Assembly (NCBI GenBank): GCA_016235065.1
Contig: JACRMB010000004.1
Location: 3,629-67,628 of the forward strand
DNA: 64,000 bases
Direction of reading: 5' to 3'
Origin: Actinomycetota bacterium
GTDB lineage: Bacteria; Actinomycetota; Thermoleophilia; BMS3ABIN01
Shown here: piece after piece, positions 19,059-29,988 of the stretch
Layout: each line of letters begins with the position of its first letter
Position numbering within the stretch: position 1 is the first letter of the stretch
The notes under the pieces: model-generated
What the model was told of the DNA's origin: nothing
The model's input: only the letters and a program-made list of their open reading frames with translations
Database searches by the model: none
Position numbers and translations under genes: made by a program

Positions 19059-19643
19059 TCAGGCCATCGCCATGGATCCAGGATTCCTTGCCGCCAGCGC
19101 CAGCATTATCATGGTCATTCCGGCGAACAGCAGGTCTATGCCTACCAGCAGGCCGATGACCCACTCGGATGAACTGGGCCAGCTGGCCAGGATAAGTATG
19201 CCAAGGATGATACCCAGAAGGCCGCTCACCAGCAGCATTCCCCAGCCCTGTGATTTTTGCGAAGCAAGCGCGATCACGGATTTGAAAGTACCGGAAACCA
19301 GGAAGCAGATCCCGAGTACCAGCGTCAGGGTGACGACGCCTGAAAGCGGATAGACCAGTAGCATGATCCCGACGCCAAGATAAAGAAGGCCCAGCAGCAG
19401 CTGCCAGACAAAACCTTGCTTGCGGGAAGCGATCGCATTGATCATATAGGCACAGCCACTGATCAATAGCAGGATGCCGACAAAAACTTCGATTCCATAG
19501 GCGGCACCCAGCGGAAAGACCATGGCAAAGCCTCCAGTCACTGCAAGCACGATCCCCAGGGCCAGATACCACTTCCAGGAGTCGCGGGTTACCTGCACCG
19601 ACATCATGCCCATCGATACCTGACCTTCAGAAACAGCGTTCAT
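19059..19643 (-). CDS. HdeD-family (DUF308) membrane protein
   Basis: Six hydrophobic helices with repeated GxxxG-rich segments in an HdeD-like arrangement. Confidence 0.55.
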   Translation of the reverse strand: MNAVSEGQVSMGMMSVQVTRDSWKWYLALGIVLAVTGGFAMVFPLGAAYGIEVFVGILLLISGCAYMINAIASRKQGFVWQLLLGLLYLGVGIMLLVYPLSGVVTLTLVLGICFLVSGTFKSVIALASQKSQGWGMLLVSGLLGIILGILILASWPSSSEWVIGLLVGIDLLFAGMTMIMLALAARNPGSMAMA

Positions 19644-19944
19644 CAGATCTCCTTTCCTGCCTGGGAAAAAACGACGATAAATATCGTGGATATATTCTGT
19701 ATCCAGCCGTTTTATCCCCCTTCAGCAGGAGGCTGAAACCGCTTAGCGGGGCCGGTTTGCATAGTAGCGGAGACGATGCTACTCTTTCAAAGGTACGTTA
19801 TTAAGCAGTAATAGTCGGAAACACACAATCCAGTCTCGCGGCGTTCTTTTAGCCCAAATCTCCGTTTCGAATCCCGATGAATTCTGCCGTTTTTTTCATC
19901 CGCGTGCCCTAAACAAAAAAAACCCCTCCCCCGGAGCGCATTTA

Positions 19945-20892
19945 ATGAAAAAACTAACCGCCCTTAGCGTATTCCTCCTGTCGATCGCATGCTTGCTGAC
20001 ATTCGCCGGCCAGGCCATGGCCGAGATGCAGGGCATCGATGTCTCCAGATGGCAGGGTACTATCGACTGGGATACCACCTACAATTACACTAACTTCGCC
20101 TTTATCAAGGCCGGCGGCAGCGACGAGGGCATGTATACCGACAGCCAGTTCGAACGCAATCGGGACGAAGCCCGCCGCGTGGGTATACCTCGGGGTTACT
20201 ATTATTATGCCGGCGGCGGTGACCCGATCCAGGAGGCTGAGCATTTCGCCAGCCTGGTCGCGGATCTGCAGCCTGGTGAGATCCTGGCTATCGATCTTGA
20301 GATCGACCATCCGGATCCAGTGGCCTATGCCTGGACATTCCTGGTGCGAACCGAACATCTGACCGGCAGCAAGCCGCTCCTGTATACGAACATGAACCGG
20401 GTCTGGGGTTACGACTGGCATGCCGTGGTCGAGAATGGCAATCATCTGTGGGGCGCCATCTACGACGGCAATCCCCAGGTCATGCCGGATCCCGGCCCCT
20501 GGCCGGCAGTGGCCGTCAAGCAATACACCAGCGAGGGGACTCTTCCCGGGATCAACAGCAACGTCGACCTGAATATCTTCCCCAGCGTGATCGATGATTT
20601 CAAGGCGATGGGCCAGATCAAACCGGCTCTCCCCATCGTCGAGAAGCTCGAGCCTGCAGCCCCTGCGGCCATCGAACCGCAGCCGCCAGTCATGGTCGAG
20701 CCCGAGGCTGGCAACTGGAAGACTGACATCCAGGTGGTGGAAGTGATCGAGCCCGAGCGTCTTGTCGGCATCGTCCCGGCGGAGCGGCCAGCGGCTGGCG
20801 AGACTGAGATCCTCACCATCCAGTGGCCAGCCAGGCGCCCGGTCATCGAGACCAGCTTCGAGATGGATTTCGCCGCCGCGCTCGATTCCTGA
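19945..20892 (+). CDS. secreted GH25 family lysozyme (muramidase)
   Basis: Signal peptide MKKLTALSVFLLSIACLLTFAGQAMA; GIDVSRWQGTIDW and FAFIKAGGSDEGMYTDSQF GH25 motifs. Confidence 0.8.
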   Translation: MKKLTALSVFLLSIACLLTFAGQAMAEMQGIDVSRWQGTIDWDTTYNYTNFAFIKAGGSDEGMYTDSQFERNRDEARRVGIPRGYYYYAGGGDPIQEAEHFASLVADLQPGEILAIDLEIDHPDPVAYAWTFLVRTEHLTGSKPLLYTNMNRVWGYDWHAVVENGNHLWGAIYDGNPQVMPDPGPWPAVAVKQYTSEGTLPGINSNVDLNIFPSVIDDFKAMGQIKPALPIVEKLEPAAPAAIEPQPPVMVEPEAGNWKTDIQVVEVIEPERLVGIVPAERPAAGETEILTIQWPARRPVIETSFEMDFAAALDS

Positions 20893-21039
20893 TCGCCCCC
20901 GATCCCGAACGCGGTCGGGTCCCACCTTCCGTGCGGGTGATTCCCGCTGTTCTCACGATTCCTGATAGAAGTGCCTGAAAAAGGGTATTAATTCAATATA
21001 CCTTGCACCTGACAGGCACCTCGAAAAGGGGATGATGAG

Positions 21040-21189
21040 ATGGAAAGCATGTATTGGGGAATAGACGTATCGCAGATCATCTTTGGCGTGGGCATGCTTA
21101 TTGTTCTGGTCTTCTTCGCGGTCTGGGGAATCCGGGTGGGCAGGGGCAGGACGGGCGGCACCAAGCCGGGTGGCACCAAGACCAGTTGA
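21040..21189 (+). CDS. 49-aa single-TM small protein (not in ORF track)
   Basis: ATG preceded by AAGGGGA; MESMYWGIDVSQIIFGVGMLIVLVFFAVWGIRVGRGR... has one clear TM helix followed by a basic tail. Confidence 0.25.
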   Translation: MESMYWGIDVSQIIFGVGMLIVLVFFAVWGIRVGRGRTGGTKPGGTKTS

Positions 21190-21198
21190 TCGAAAGCT

Positions 21199-22020
21199 TC
21201 AGAAACCGATAGCGACCGCCCGCATGGAAACGCTTCCGTGGGCGATGCCATTCACGGGAAAGCCGACCGTTTCTTCTTGCCCTTTCAGGGCAAGGATATA
21301 AAGGAGCGGCCAGTAGTGGTCCGGCGTAGGTATTGAAAGCATGGCCGCCGGACCAAGCCTCGTATATTCGATAAGCGCCTCGTGGTCCCCCTCCTCGATC
21401 AACTTCCGGGAAAGCTCGTCGAATTCGATCGACCAGTCGTAAGGATCGGCGTCCGGATCGTAATCGACCCGGCCGAGGTTGTGGACGATGTTGCCACTGC
21501 CGACGATCAGCACTCCCTTGTCGCGAAGCGGCGCCAGTTCCTTCCCGATCCGGTAATGGAATTCAGACGGCTTGCTCATGTCGATACTGAGCTGAAAAAC
21601 CGGTATGTCAGCATCGGGGAACAGCCGCAGCAGCGGCACCCAGGTCCCATGGTCAAGCCCCCAGTCCCGGTCACGTTCCACCCTGGTTTTCCTCACCAGG
21701 GAAATCAGATCTTCAGCCAGTTCCGGCGCACCCGGGCAGGCATATTCGATCCCGTACAACTCCTCCGGAAATCCCCAGAAATCATGGATGGTCCGCGGTC
21801 GCGGCGAAGTGTGCACTGATGTGCCGTGGGTAAGCCAGTGGGCGGAAACCGAGAGCACGGCGGCGGGCCTGGGCAGCCTGCCACCCAGTTCCTTCCAGGC
21901 ACGGGAGTAAGTATTATCCTCGATCCCGTTCAGGGGGCTGCCGTGCCCCACGAAAAGTGCGGGCATCTTCTCAGTCCCGGGGAACTTTTCAGCCTGATGT
22001 CTAAACTGTTCAGGATTCAT
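21199..22020 (-). CDS. class III extradiol dioxygenase, 4,5-DOPA dioxygenase (YgiD/LigB-like)
   Basis: MPALFVGHGSPLNGIEDNTYSRAWKELGGRLPRPAAVLSVSAHW is collinear with E. coli YgiD. Confidence 0.85.
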   Translation of the reverse strand: MNPEQFRHQAEKFPGTEKMPALFVGHGSPLNGIEDNTYSRAWKELGGRLPRPAAVLSVSAHWLTHGTSVHTSPRPRTIHDFWGFPEELYGIEYACPGAPELAEDLISLVRKTRVERDRDWGLDHGTWVPLLRLFPDADIPVFQLSIDMSKPSEFHYRIGKELAPLRDKGVLIVGSGNIVHNLGRVDYDPDADPYDWSIEFDELSRKLIEEGDHEALIEYTRLGPAAMLSIPTPDHYWPLLYILALKGQEETVGFPVNGIAHGSVSMRAVAIGF

Positions 22021-22138
22021 CTTTGAAACCTCGGCGGACGCTATACCTCAGGGTACCCCTCAGGGGATGCCTGGTAACTTCCGAAACTCCAGTGAAGGTT
22101 TGGGACCTGTCTACATGATAGCGATCAGGGAGTGACAG

Positions 22139-22897
22139 GTGCAGATGAACTCGATGACGGATGAAAAGCCATACGAGCCAGATGTGCTGCTGGGCGTGAG
22201 CGCAAAGGGCTGGGCGTCCCTGGGCGGCGGTTTCGCGGCAGCACTGATAGTCTCCCTGCTTCCGTTCCTGCAGTATGTCTTCAGCTTCTTCTCGATCCTG
22301 GTCCATGAGATGGGCCACGCCCTGTCGGGCTGGCTGTTCGGCTACCCGTCTATCCCTTCCTTCGATTTCTATTACGGCGGCGGGGTCACGCTGCACCAGA
22401 ACCGGCTCATATTCCTTGCGGGCGCCGTCCTGCTGCTCTTCGCGATCCTGGGATTCATGGTCAGGGAAAGCAACGCGAAGTTGCTGCTGGTTGCAGCCGG
22501 CGCCGCGGCTTATGCATTCCTGGCGTTCACGCTCTGGCATGAGGTCCTTATCATCGCGCTGGGGCATGGTACCGAACTGATCATCGCCGGCATATTCATC
22601 TACAGGGCTGCCAGCGGTAGCGCCATCCTGCAAAAAGCCGAGCGGCCTGTCTATGCATTCATTGGCTTTCTGATAATCGTCCAGAATCTGATGTTCAACT
22701 ATCGCCTGATCACCAGCACTACCTTCCGCTTCGAATATGAATACGCCAAAGGCGGTATGGAGATGGACTACAGCCGCCTGGCTTATGAATACCTTCATCT
22801 CAGTCTGGCCTCGGTTGCGACGCTGTTCCTGGTCATGACCATCGCGACCCCGTTCATCAGTCTCGGGGTCAACATGGCGCAGCGCCTGCGTGACTAG
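22139..22897 (+). CDS. polytopic membrane protein with HExxH motif (putative M50-like metalloprotease)
   Basis: LVHEMGHALSGWLFGYP embedded in a TM helix; multiple hydrophobic segments. Confidence 0.45.
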   Translation: MQMNSMTDEKPYEPDVLLGVSAKGWASLGGGFAAALIVSLLPFLQYVFSFFSILVHEMGHALSGWLFGYPSIPSFDFYYGGGVTLHQNRLIFLAGAVLLLFAILGFMVRESNAKLLLVAAGAAAYAFLAFTLWHEVLIIALGHGTELIIAGIFIYRAASGSAILQKAERPVYAFIGFLIIVQNLMFNYRLITSTTFRFEYEYAKGGMEMDYSRLAYEYLHLSLASVATLFLVMTIATPFISLGVNMAQRLRD

Positions 22898-22985
22898 CCA
22901 GCCGGCTGCAGGCTACCGGATTTCGCCCCATAAATGGACCGTAGTATAATCGTGGCTTCAGGAAACGATCAAGGGGAGACACGAT

Positions 22986-24026
22986 ATGGCCTCATCCGAA
23001 TTCATCAGCGGCAATCCCAGCCTTGAATGCAAATATGGCGAGAACGGCTACCAGACGCCCGCAGCGTTGTATAGCGGCGGCACCGCCGATCCGCTCGCCA
23101 TGGACAGGTTCGATGTGGTCCAGGGGACCGCTCCCAGCTACAACAATCTCTGCGACCTGGACCGTCTGCTCCAGACCTCTACCCATATAGCTGCTGGTTT
23201 CGATGTGAACAGCGGCGTGGTGCCGCGCATCGCCGTCGCCTGCAAGCACGGCAATCCCTGCGGCGGCGCGGCAGGCGACGATGCGGCGAAGGTCGTCATG
23301 GCCGCGCTTGAAGGCGATCTTCGCGCGGTCTTCGGCGGCCTGGTGCTACTCAACTTCCAGGTGGACGAGGAGATCGCCGAAGTGCTGATGACCCACAAGA
23401 TGGACGCCGGCGGCCGCCGGCTCCTGGACGGCATCGTCGCTCCTGGTTTCACCGCCGGAGCCATGGAGATGCTCGAGCGCAAGGGTGATAAATGCCGCCT
23501 GCTGGCCAACCCGGCCCTGGAGAACATGGACCGGGGATCTCTCGACGCGGCGCAGCGTTTCCGTTATGTGCGCGGCGGCTTCCTGGCTCAGCCGAACTAC
23601 ACTTTCGTGCCGGAGCTTATGTCCGGAGCGGTGGAGAGGACCGGCGAGGCCAGCGACCGCCAGGTCGGCGACATGATCCTCGCCTGGGCGATCGGTTCGA
23701 CATCCAACAGCAACACGGTGACCATCGTGCGTGAGGGAATGCTTCTCGGCAACGGCGTCGGCCAGCAGGACCGGGTCGGCGGCTGCAAGCTCGCGGTGAT
23801 GCGGGCGAAGGATGCCGGCCATGACACCAGCGGCTCGGTCGCTTACAGCGACAGCTTCTTCCCCTTCGTCGACGGGCCGACTGAGCTCGCGGACGCCGGT
23901 GTCGAAGCTATAGTGGCGACCAGCGGCTCTATCCGTGACGATGAGGTGAAGGAATTCTGCCAGGGCAGGGGGATCACCCTGTTCCTGTATCCCGATTCCG
24001 CGGGACGAGGTTTCTTCGGCCACTGA
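22986..24026 (+). CDS. AICAR transformylase-domain protein (PurH C-terminal domain homolog, standalone)
   Basis: KYGENGYQ, KHGNPCGGA and AYSDSFFPFVDG...ATSGSIRDDEV match the PurH formyltransferase domain; no IMP cyclohydrolase/MGS domain. Confidence 0.7.
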   Translation: MASSEFISGNPSLECKYGENGYQTPAALYSGGTADPLAMDRFDVVQGTAPSYNNLCDLDRLLQTSTHIAAGFDVNSGVVPRIAVACKHGNPCGGAAGDDAAKVVMAALEGDLRAVFGGLVLLNFQVDEEIAEVLMTHKMDAGGRRLLDGIVAPGFTAGAMEMLERKGDKCRLLANPALENMDRGSLDAAQRFRYVRGGFLAQPNYTFVPELMSGAVERTGEASDRQVGDMILAWAIGSTSNSNTVTIVREGMLLGNGVGQQDRVGGCKLAVMRAKDAGHDTSGSVAYSDSFFPFVDGPTELADAGVEAIVATSGSIRDDEVKEFCQGRGITLFLYPDSAGRGFFGH

Positions 24027-24067
24027 GCACATCTGTAGGAAAAAACTGAACACCAAAACATCACAGG

Positions 24068-24100
24068 ACCGCTCCCATATGGGGGCGGTTTCTTTTACTC
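24068..24100 (+). terminator. candidate rho-independent terminator after the PurH-like gene
   Basis: ACCGCTCCC-atat-GGGGGCGGT hairpin (one mismatch) followed by TTCTTTTACT. Confidence 0.4.
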
Positions 24101-24141
24101 AAACCAAATCACCTCTTGACACCGAATGCCCCTTGATTTAT

Positions 24142-24194
24142 TCTACGCCGTAGATTAGTATTTCTACATTGTAGTAAAGTTCCTACACCGTAGG
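24142..24194. promoter_or_regulatory. array of three related palindromes (CTAC-N1-3-GTAG), candidate TetR operator
   Basis: TCTACGcCGTAGA (24142..24154), TCTACAtTGTAG (24163..24174), CCTACaccGTAGG (24182..24194), each followed by ATTAGT-like sequence; 50 to 100 bp upstream of the tetR start. Confidence 0.45.
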
Positions 24195-24241
24195 ATTAGT
24201 CCCTGCTAGAACAGTCAGTTGTATCAGGAAGTGAGGCGAAG

Positions 24242-24955
24242 ATGGCACCACCAAGAAAAAGAGCTTCATCAGATGAAGGAAAGTCCCGCCCGGGGCTTAC
24301 CCGTGAAGCGATTATTGCCGCCGCCCTGGAGATAGTCGACAAAGAGGGCCTGGATGCCCTTTCCATGAGGCACCTGGGGTCCGTTCTCAAGGTCGACCCC
24401 ATGGCGATCTACTACCATGTGCCCAACAAATCGGCATTGCTCGACGGCCTCATGGAAGCGGTCATGTCCGAGATCGACCTGTCGCTGGACGATCCTTCAC
24501 AGCCGGGCCCTGAGCGCATCCGTGTGGCGGCCCACATGTATCGTAACGTGATGATGGCCCATCCCAACGCGGTCCAGGTGGTTGCCGTCCGTAACCTCAA
24601 TACTACGGAGTCATTCCGCCCGGTCGAATTCCTCCTTGGCGTTTTTGTCGAAGCTGGCCTTTCCCCGGCCATGGCCATGGCCGCAGTGGACATCTTCGCC
24701 CTGTTCGTCCGCGGCTTTGTCCTTTTTGAAACCGGTAAGACCCTGGCTGAAGAAGCCGCCTGTAAGGGATGTGAGGCTGCTGATCTCCTGAAACAGATAC
24801 TTCCAATGGACGAATTCCCGGTCATGTATGAAGTGATGGCAAAGACCCGCTTCAACACTGCTGATGAGGAATTCGATCTTGGCATCAGGGCTCTGATAAG
24901 GGGCATGTTCGAGACTTTCAATGAAAACGCTGAGCAAATCGAGGAGTGTGATTAG
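24242..24955 (+). CDS. TetR/AcrR family transcriptional regulator
   Basis: N-terminal HTH LTREAIIAAALEIVDKEGLDALSMRHLGSVLKVDPMAIYYHVPNKSALL. Confidence 0.85.
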   Translation: MAPPRKRASSDEGKSRPGLTREAIIAAALEIVDKEGLDALSMRHLGSVLKVDPMAIYYHVPNKSALLDGLMEAVMSEIDLSLDDPSQPGPERIRVAAHMYRNVMMAHPNAVQVVAVRNLNTTESFRPVEFLLGVFVEAGLSPAMAMAAVDIFALFVRGFVLFETGKTLAEEAACKGCEAADLLKQILPMDEFPVMYEVMAKTRFNTADEEFDLGIRALIRGMFETFNENAEQIEECD

Positions 24956-24957
24956 TA

Positions 24958-27218
24958 TGAGCCTGTCCACTGGAAAAGTAGCGGCAAAATGCGCCCGCCA
25001 TCCCTGGATGACGATCGGTGTCTGGCTTGTCATCCTCGTTGCCGCGATAGCCGCCTCTTCGATGCTTCTCAGCAGCGCACTGACTACCGAGATGAAGTTC
25101 ACCAGCCCCACTGAATCGGACCAGGGGTTCAACCTGTTGTCTGACAGGTTGCGGGGCCCTGAAAGGGTCAAGGAGATCGCAGTCGTGACATCGAAGGACG
25201 CCACGGTCGACGATCCCGCGTTCAAGGCGCAGGTCGACCTTCTGGCTCTTGACCTGATCGCACTGGGTAGCGATGTGGTCGAGGGCGGCACCTACTACTA
25301 TCAGTTCCGGGATGAGACCCTCGTCTCGAAAGATCGCCACACGACGATATTGCCGATCGTGATGGCCGGCACGATCGCCGACGCGATTGACAACGTCGAC
25401 CAGATCCACGAGGTGGCGGCGGACGCCGCCGAGCGCAGCGGTTACGAAATCGTCGTCACCGGCACCGCCAGCAGCAATGCCGAATCCAACCAGCTGTCCG
25501 AAAGCGATCTGCAGAAAGCCGAGCTGTTCGGCATTCCGGTGGCCATGATCATCCTGGTCGTCGTTTTCGGCACTCTGGTTGCCGCCGGACTGCCGCTGAT
25601 ACTCGCCGGTTTCTCGATCATCATTGCCATAGGTATCACCGCGCTGGTCGGGCAGCAGTTCGAGATGAGCTTCTTTGTGGTCAACATGATCACGATGATG
25701 GGCATGGCGGTCGGTATCGATTATTCGCTTTTCGTGGTATCCCGTTACCGTGAGGAGCTGCTAGCTGGGCGGGACAGATACGAGGCCATTGAGATCGCAG
25801 GTTCGACTGCCAGCCGGGCGGTACTGTTCAGCGGCATGACCGTGATCCTGGCACTGGCGGGGCTGCTGATCGTACCCATGAGCATCTTTTACAGCCTGGG
25901 CGCAGGTGCGATCTTCGTGGTGGCCGTATCCGTACTTGCTGCCCTGACACTGCTGCCTGCGGTCCTGGGACTGATGGGGGAGAAGATCAACAGCCTGAGG
26001 GTTCCCTTCATCCATAGCTATGAGGCCGGTCGTGAAGGCGGGGAGGGTGGCCGTTTCTGGGACTGGATCACCCGCAAGGTCATGGGCCGGCCGGTGATAA
26101 GCGCGGTGCTGGCGGTCAGCCTGCTGCTCCTGCCGGCGCTTTACTACTTTCAGATCGAGACCGGCGCCAACGGCATCAATGCCCTTCCGGCGGAATTCGA
26201 ATCCCGCAGAGGCTTTGAGATCCTTGACCGGGAATTCTCCTTCGGACTGGTATCACCTGTGGAGATCGTGATCGACGGCGACGTGAATTCGCCGGCCGTC
26301 AAGGACGCGATCGCCAGGTTGCAGGAAGAGCTCAAGGGTGATGAAGTCTTCTACGGGAATGGCCAAGTGCAGACCAACGACAGCGGCGACCTGGCATTGC
26401 TTTCAGTTCCGGTATCGGGTTCACCCGAGAGCGACCAGGCGACTGGAGCTGTCAAGAAGTTGCGCCAGGAATATATACCCCGGATATTCGCCGATTCGGG
26501 AGCGGATGTGAAAATCACGGGCGCCTCGGCCATGAACCTGGATTATTTCAACATGACCGACGACTACCGTCCCATCGTCTTCATCTTTGTGCTGGGACTG
26601 AGTTTCGTGTTGCTGACAGTCGTCTTCCACTCGCTGGTGGTGCCGCTGAAGGCAATCCTCATGAACCTGCTCTCGGTGGGAGCAGCCTATGGTCTGATCG
26701 TTCTGGTCTTCCAGGAGGGCATCGGCGCCAGCCTGTTCGGCTTCCAGCAGGTGCCGGTCATCGAAGCCTGGGTACCGATATTCCTGTTCTCGGTGCTTTT
26801 CGGCCTCTCGATGGATTATCACGTCTTCCTGCTGGGACGCATCCGCGAGAATTACGTGCTGACCGGCGACAACAGCGAGTCGGTGGCCTCCGGCCTCAGA
26901 TCGACCGGGCGGATCATCACTGGCGCAGCCCTTATCATGGTAGCTGTATTCAGCGGTTTCGCCAGCGGGCAGCTGGTCATGTTCCAGCAGATGGGTTTCG
27001 GCCTGGCGGTTTCGGTGCTGCTGGATGCCACCATCGTGCGGAGCGTGCTCGTGCCTGCGACTATGAAACTGCTCGGTGACTGGAACTGGTATCTGCCCCG
27101 CTGGCTGCAGTGGCTGCCGGATGTCCATGTGGAAGGGGGCGGCGGAGAGCCACGGGACGCTACTGTAGACAGCTCTTCAGTTTCCGGGCACACAGAGGCA
27201 GGGCTGCGCAGGCATTAA
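24958..27218 (+). CDS. MMPL family (RND superfamily) transporter
   Basis: Two 6-TM bundles with large extracytoplasmic loops; ATG at 24958 immediately after the tetR stop preferred over the ORF-track start at 24921. Confidence 0.8.
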
Positions 27219-27301
27219 ATCACTGGCCTGGCTGTTTATCTGGTCTTAATTGCCATGTATAATGAGGTTACTCAACCAATGGAACCTTTCTTGGGGGAAC
27301 C

Positions 27302-29953
27302 ATGCGGAGTAAATCCAGGCTGGTCCTGATTGCAGCGGTACTTCAGACAGCGCTTTTGATAGCCGTTTTCCTTCTGTCAGTAGATACCGCCACTGCTGGA
27401 TATCCAGGCATGATCCGGGTGTCAACAAACAGCAGTGGCGCCGAAGCGCACGGTGACCTGAGCTTCGCCTCGGCGGACTACAGAAGTTCTGCTATCAGCG
27501 GATCGGGTCGGTACGTAGCCTTCGAATCGCGAGCCACCGATCTGGTTTCTGGTGATACCGACGAACTCAGCGATATCTTTGTCAAGGACGCTGAGACTGG
27601 TGCGACTACGATGGTATCGACTGATTCTGCGGGCGCCGCGGTCTATTCTGAAAGCATAAGGCCATCGATTTCCACGGATGGACGTTTTGTCACGTTCACA
27701 TCAGATTCTCCAGATCTTGTAGCGGGCGATACCAATGGCGTCTCGGATGTTTTCCTGAAAGACACCCAGACGGGAGTGACCACCCGGATCTCAACCGATT
27801 CGTCCGGTGTTCAGGCGAATTCTTATGGGTTTTATTCTGCTATCTCAGGTGATGGGCGTTATGTGGCTTTCGAATCAGATGCAGACAATCTGGTTGCAGA
27901 CGACACCAATCAAGCAACAGATATTTTCGTCAAGGACACCCTAACCAGTGTGACTGCCAGGGTTTCCACTGATTCATCCGGCAACCAGGCCACGCGCACG
28001 GATACTCCCTGGTTCGGAAACAGCATCAACATGGCGCCGACGATCTCACATGATGGCCGCTATGTTGCTTTCCAGTCATTCGCCGAGAACCTTGCAGCTG
28101 GGGATGCAAACGGCTGCTGGGACATATTCATCAAGGATACTGTGACCGGAGGCACAACTATAGTATCTACCGACACAGCTGGCTTTCAGAGTAACTTCCA
28201 CAGCTATTATCCGTCTATCTCCGCCGACGGGCGCTATCTTGCGTTTGAATCCTGGTCCAACAACCTTGTCGCTGGTGATACAAACTATAGCTCTGATATA
28301 TTCCAAAAGGACATTCTGACAGGCGTTACCATGAGGGTCTCAACCAGTTCGTCAGGAGACCAGGGAGCCTACAATACTCCCTTTCTGGGTGGCGGTTCCT
28401 TCACACCGACGATCTCCGCCGACGGGCGATATGTCACTTTCATTTCCGAGGCTGCAAACCTGGCGCCTGGAGATGTAAACCGGGAGCGCGACATCTTCGT
28501 CAAGGACACAGTTACCGGCGCAACCGCGCTGGTCTCGTCCGACGCGGTGGGAAGAAACGGCATCGGCTACAGCTACGGCCCGGCCATTTCCGCGGACGGC
28601 CGCTACATTTCATTCCTTTCCGAAGATTACCTGCTGGTCCCTGATGACACCAATGCCGCCCGCGACTACTATAGAGCCCGTAACTCCCTCGCGACCAACC
28701 TCTATTTTCCCTGGTACGACAATCTCTACGGGCGCACCTGGCTGATGATGGCCAATCCAGCCGGCAGCAGGACCAGTTCTTACTATAACTTCCTGGAAGG
28801 CGACGCCCTGGATGCGAACATCTCTGTAGCTTCTGGCAGCACCGCATTTCGCCGCTATGATGGCCAGATGGGCGGGCCGGCGCAGTCCTTCGCTACCAAA
28901 TTCCAGCCTCTAGTCAGCGAGCGTTCGCTCTATGGCAGCTCATTCGAAGAGGTCTGGGCGACGCCTTACAAAGAACTGGATTCCCACTACTACTGGCCTA
29001 ATTATCTGGGTTCGTCCATGGACATGTGGGTGCTGGCTGCCAATCCTGAGGAGAATGGCGAGGCGATCCAGGTGGATCTGACCATTTTGACTGAAGGATC
29101 GCCCGGCACGCCGGTCACACAACAGCAGGTGATCCAGCCTGGGGATAGCTGGACCCCGATCGTTCCCGGACTTGCGGGCTATAGCGTTGAGGTCGAGGCT
29201 TACAGGGTGGGTGGTGCCCCGGACAATCCTGCCGACGCGCGCAAGGTGATCGCCTCCGAGCGCTCGCTGATGGCAGGCGCCTTCAACGAGATGCCGGGTA
29301 TCCCGGCGTCGCGGCTCAGCGATCACTGGCTCTGGCCCTGGTATGACAGTCTCAACAGCCTGGACTTCATCTGTGTCGGTAATCCCGGCAGCCAGCCGGT
29401 CTGGGTCTCTGTTTATGTGGGTGGCGTGCTCAGGGGTACGCCCCATCAACTTGCCGCAGGGCAGGTGCAAAACTGGGGCAGCTATCTGGAGAGGTACGCC
29501 GACGGTCCGGTGGAGGTATACGGCTGCGCCAACGGCTCAGTACCCTGTGATACTCCCGCTGACATCTATGCTTCGCAGGCTGTGGTATTCGGTCCTTCAT
29601 ATCAGGAGACGTCCGGAATCAGATATGAAGACCTGCTGCCGACAGCCCACTGGACCTGGTACGACATGAGCACGCCAGGCTCAGCTGATTGGGTTCTGGT
29701 TTCGAATCCAAACGATTACGAGATCTATTATGAGATCAGCATGCCCGGCCTGGATACAGCCGGGGACATTCGCGCCCATGGGATCCTTGGGCCGGGAGAC
29801 ACAGTTACTCCCACATTCCCTGGTTTTATCGGTGGCCCGGTCCAGGTAAGCGCCTGGCGTGATTCCCAGAAGAACGTGACTGCGAGCATATACAGTTCGC
29901 AGCGGGTTCTCTGGAACGGCTATTTCAACGAGCTGACTGGTTTGGGCTTTTGA
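27302..29953 (+). CDS. secreted protein: N-terminal TolB-like (PD40-type) beta-propeller repeats plus four copies of the shared ~105-aa C-terminal repeat module
   Basis: Signal peptide; repeated GRYVAFES.A.NLV.GDTN...DIFVKD blades; C-terminal repeats (about 28683..29950) with WPWYD, WVLVANP, GGPVQV and ASQRVLW motifs. Confidence 0.8.
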   Translation: MRSKSRLVLIAAVLQTALLIAVFLLSVDTATAGYPGMIRVSTNSSGAEAHGDLSFASADYRSSAISGSGRYVAFESRATDLVSGDTDELSDIFVKDAETGATTMVSTDSAGAAVYSESIRPSISTDGRFVTFTSDSPDLVAGDTNGVSDVFLKDTQTGVTTRISTDSSGVQANSYGFYSAISGDGRYVAFESDADNLVADDTNQATDIFVKDTLTSVTARVSTDSSGNQATRTDTPWFGNSINMAPTISHDGRYVAFQSFAENLAAGDANGCWDIFIKDTVTGGTTIVSTDTAGFQSNFHSYYPSISADGRYLAFESWSNNLVAGDTNYSSDIFQKDILTGVTMRVSTSSSGDQGAYNTPFLGGGSFTPTISADGRYVTFISEAANLAPGDVNRERDIFVKDTVTGATALVSSDAVGRNGIGYSYGPAISADGRYISFLSEDYLLVPDDTNAARDYYRARNSLATNLYFPWYDNLYGRTWLMMANPAGSRTSSYYNFLEGDALDANISVASGSTAFRRYDGQMGGPAQSFATKFQPLVSERSLYGSSFEEVWATPYKELDSHYYWPNYLGSSMDMWVLAANPEENGEAIQVDLTILTEGSPGTPVTQQQVIQPGDSWTPIVPGLAGYSVEVEAYRVGGAPDNPADARKVIASERSLMAGAFNEMPGIPASRLSDHWLWPWYDSLNSLDFICVGNPGSQPVWVSVYVGGVLRGTPHQLAAGQVQNWGSYLERYADGPVEVYGCANGSVPCDTPADIYASQAVVFGPSYQETSGIRYEDLLPTAHWTWYDMSTPGSADWVLVSNPNDYEIYYEISMPGLDTAGDIRAHGILGPGDTVTPTFPGFIGGPVQVSAWRDSQKNVTASIYSSQRVLWNGYFNELTGLGF

Positions 29954-29988
29954 TCAGCAGGCGGGTGCCAGGCTGAAATTGCTTGATA

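Noticed and set aside
19954-20925. 323-aa minus-strand ORF overlapping the GH25 lysozyme gene
   Set aside because: Antisense to a gene with signal peptide and GH25 active-site motifs.
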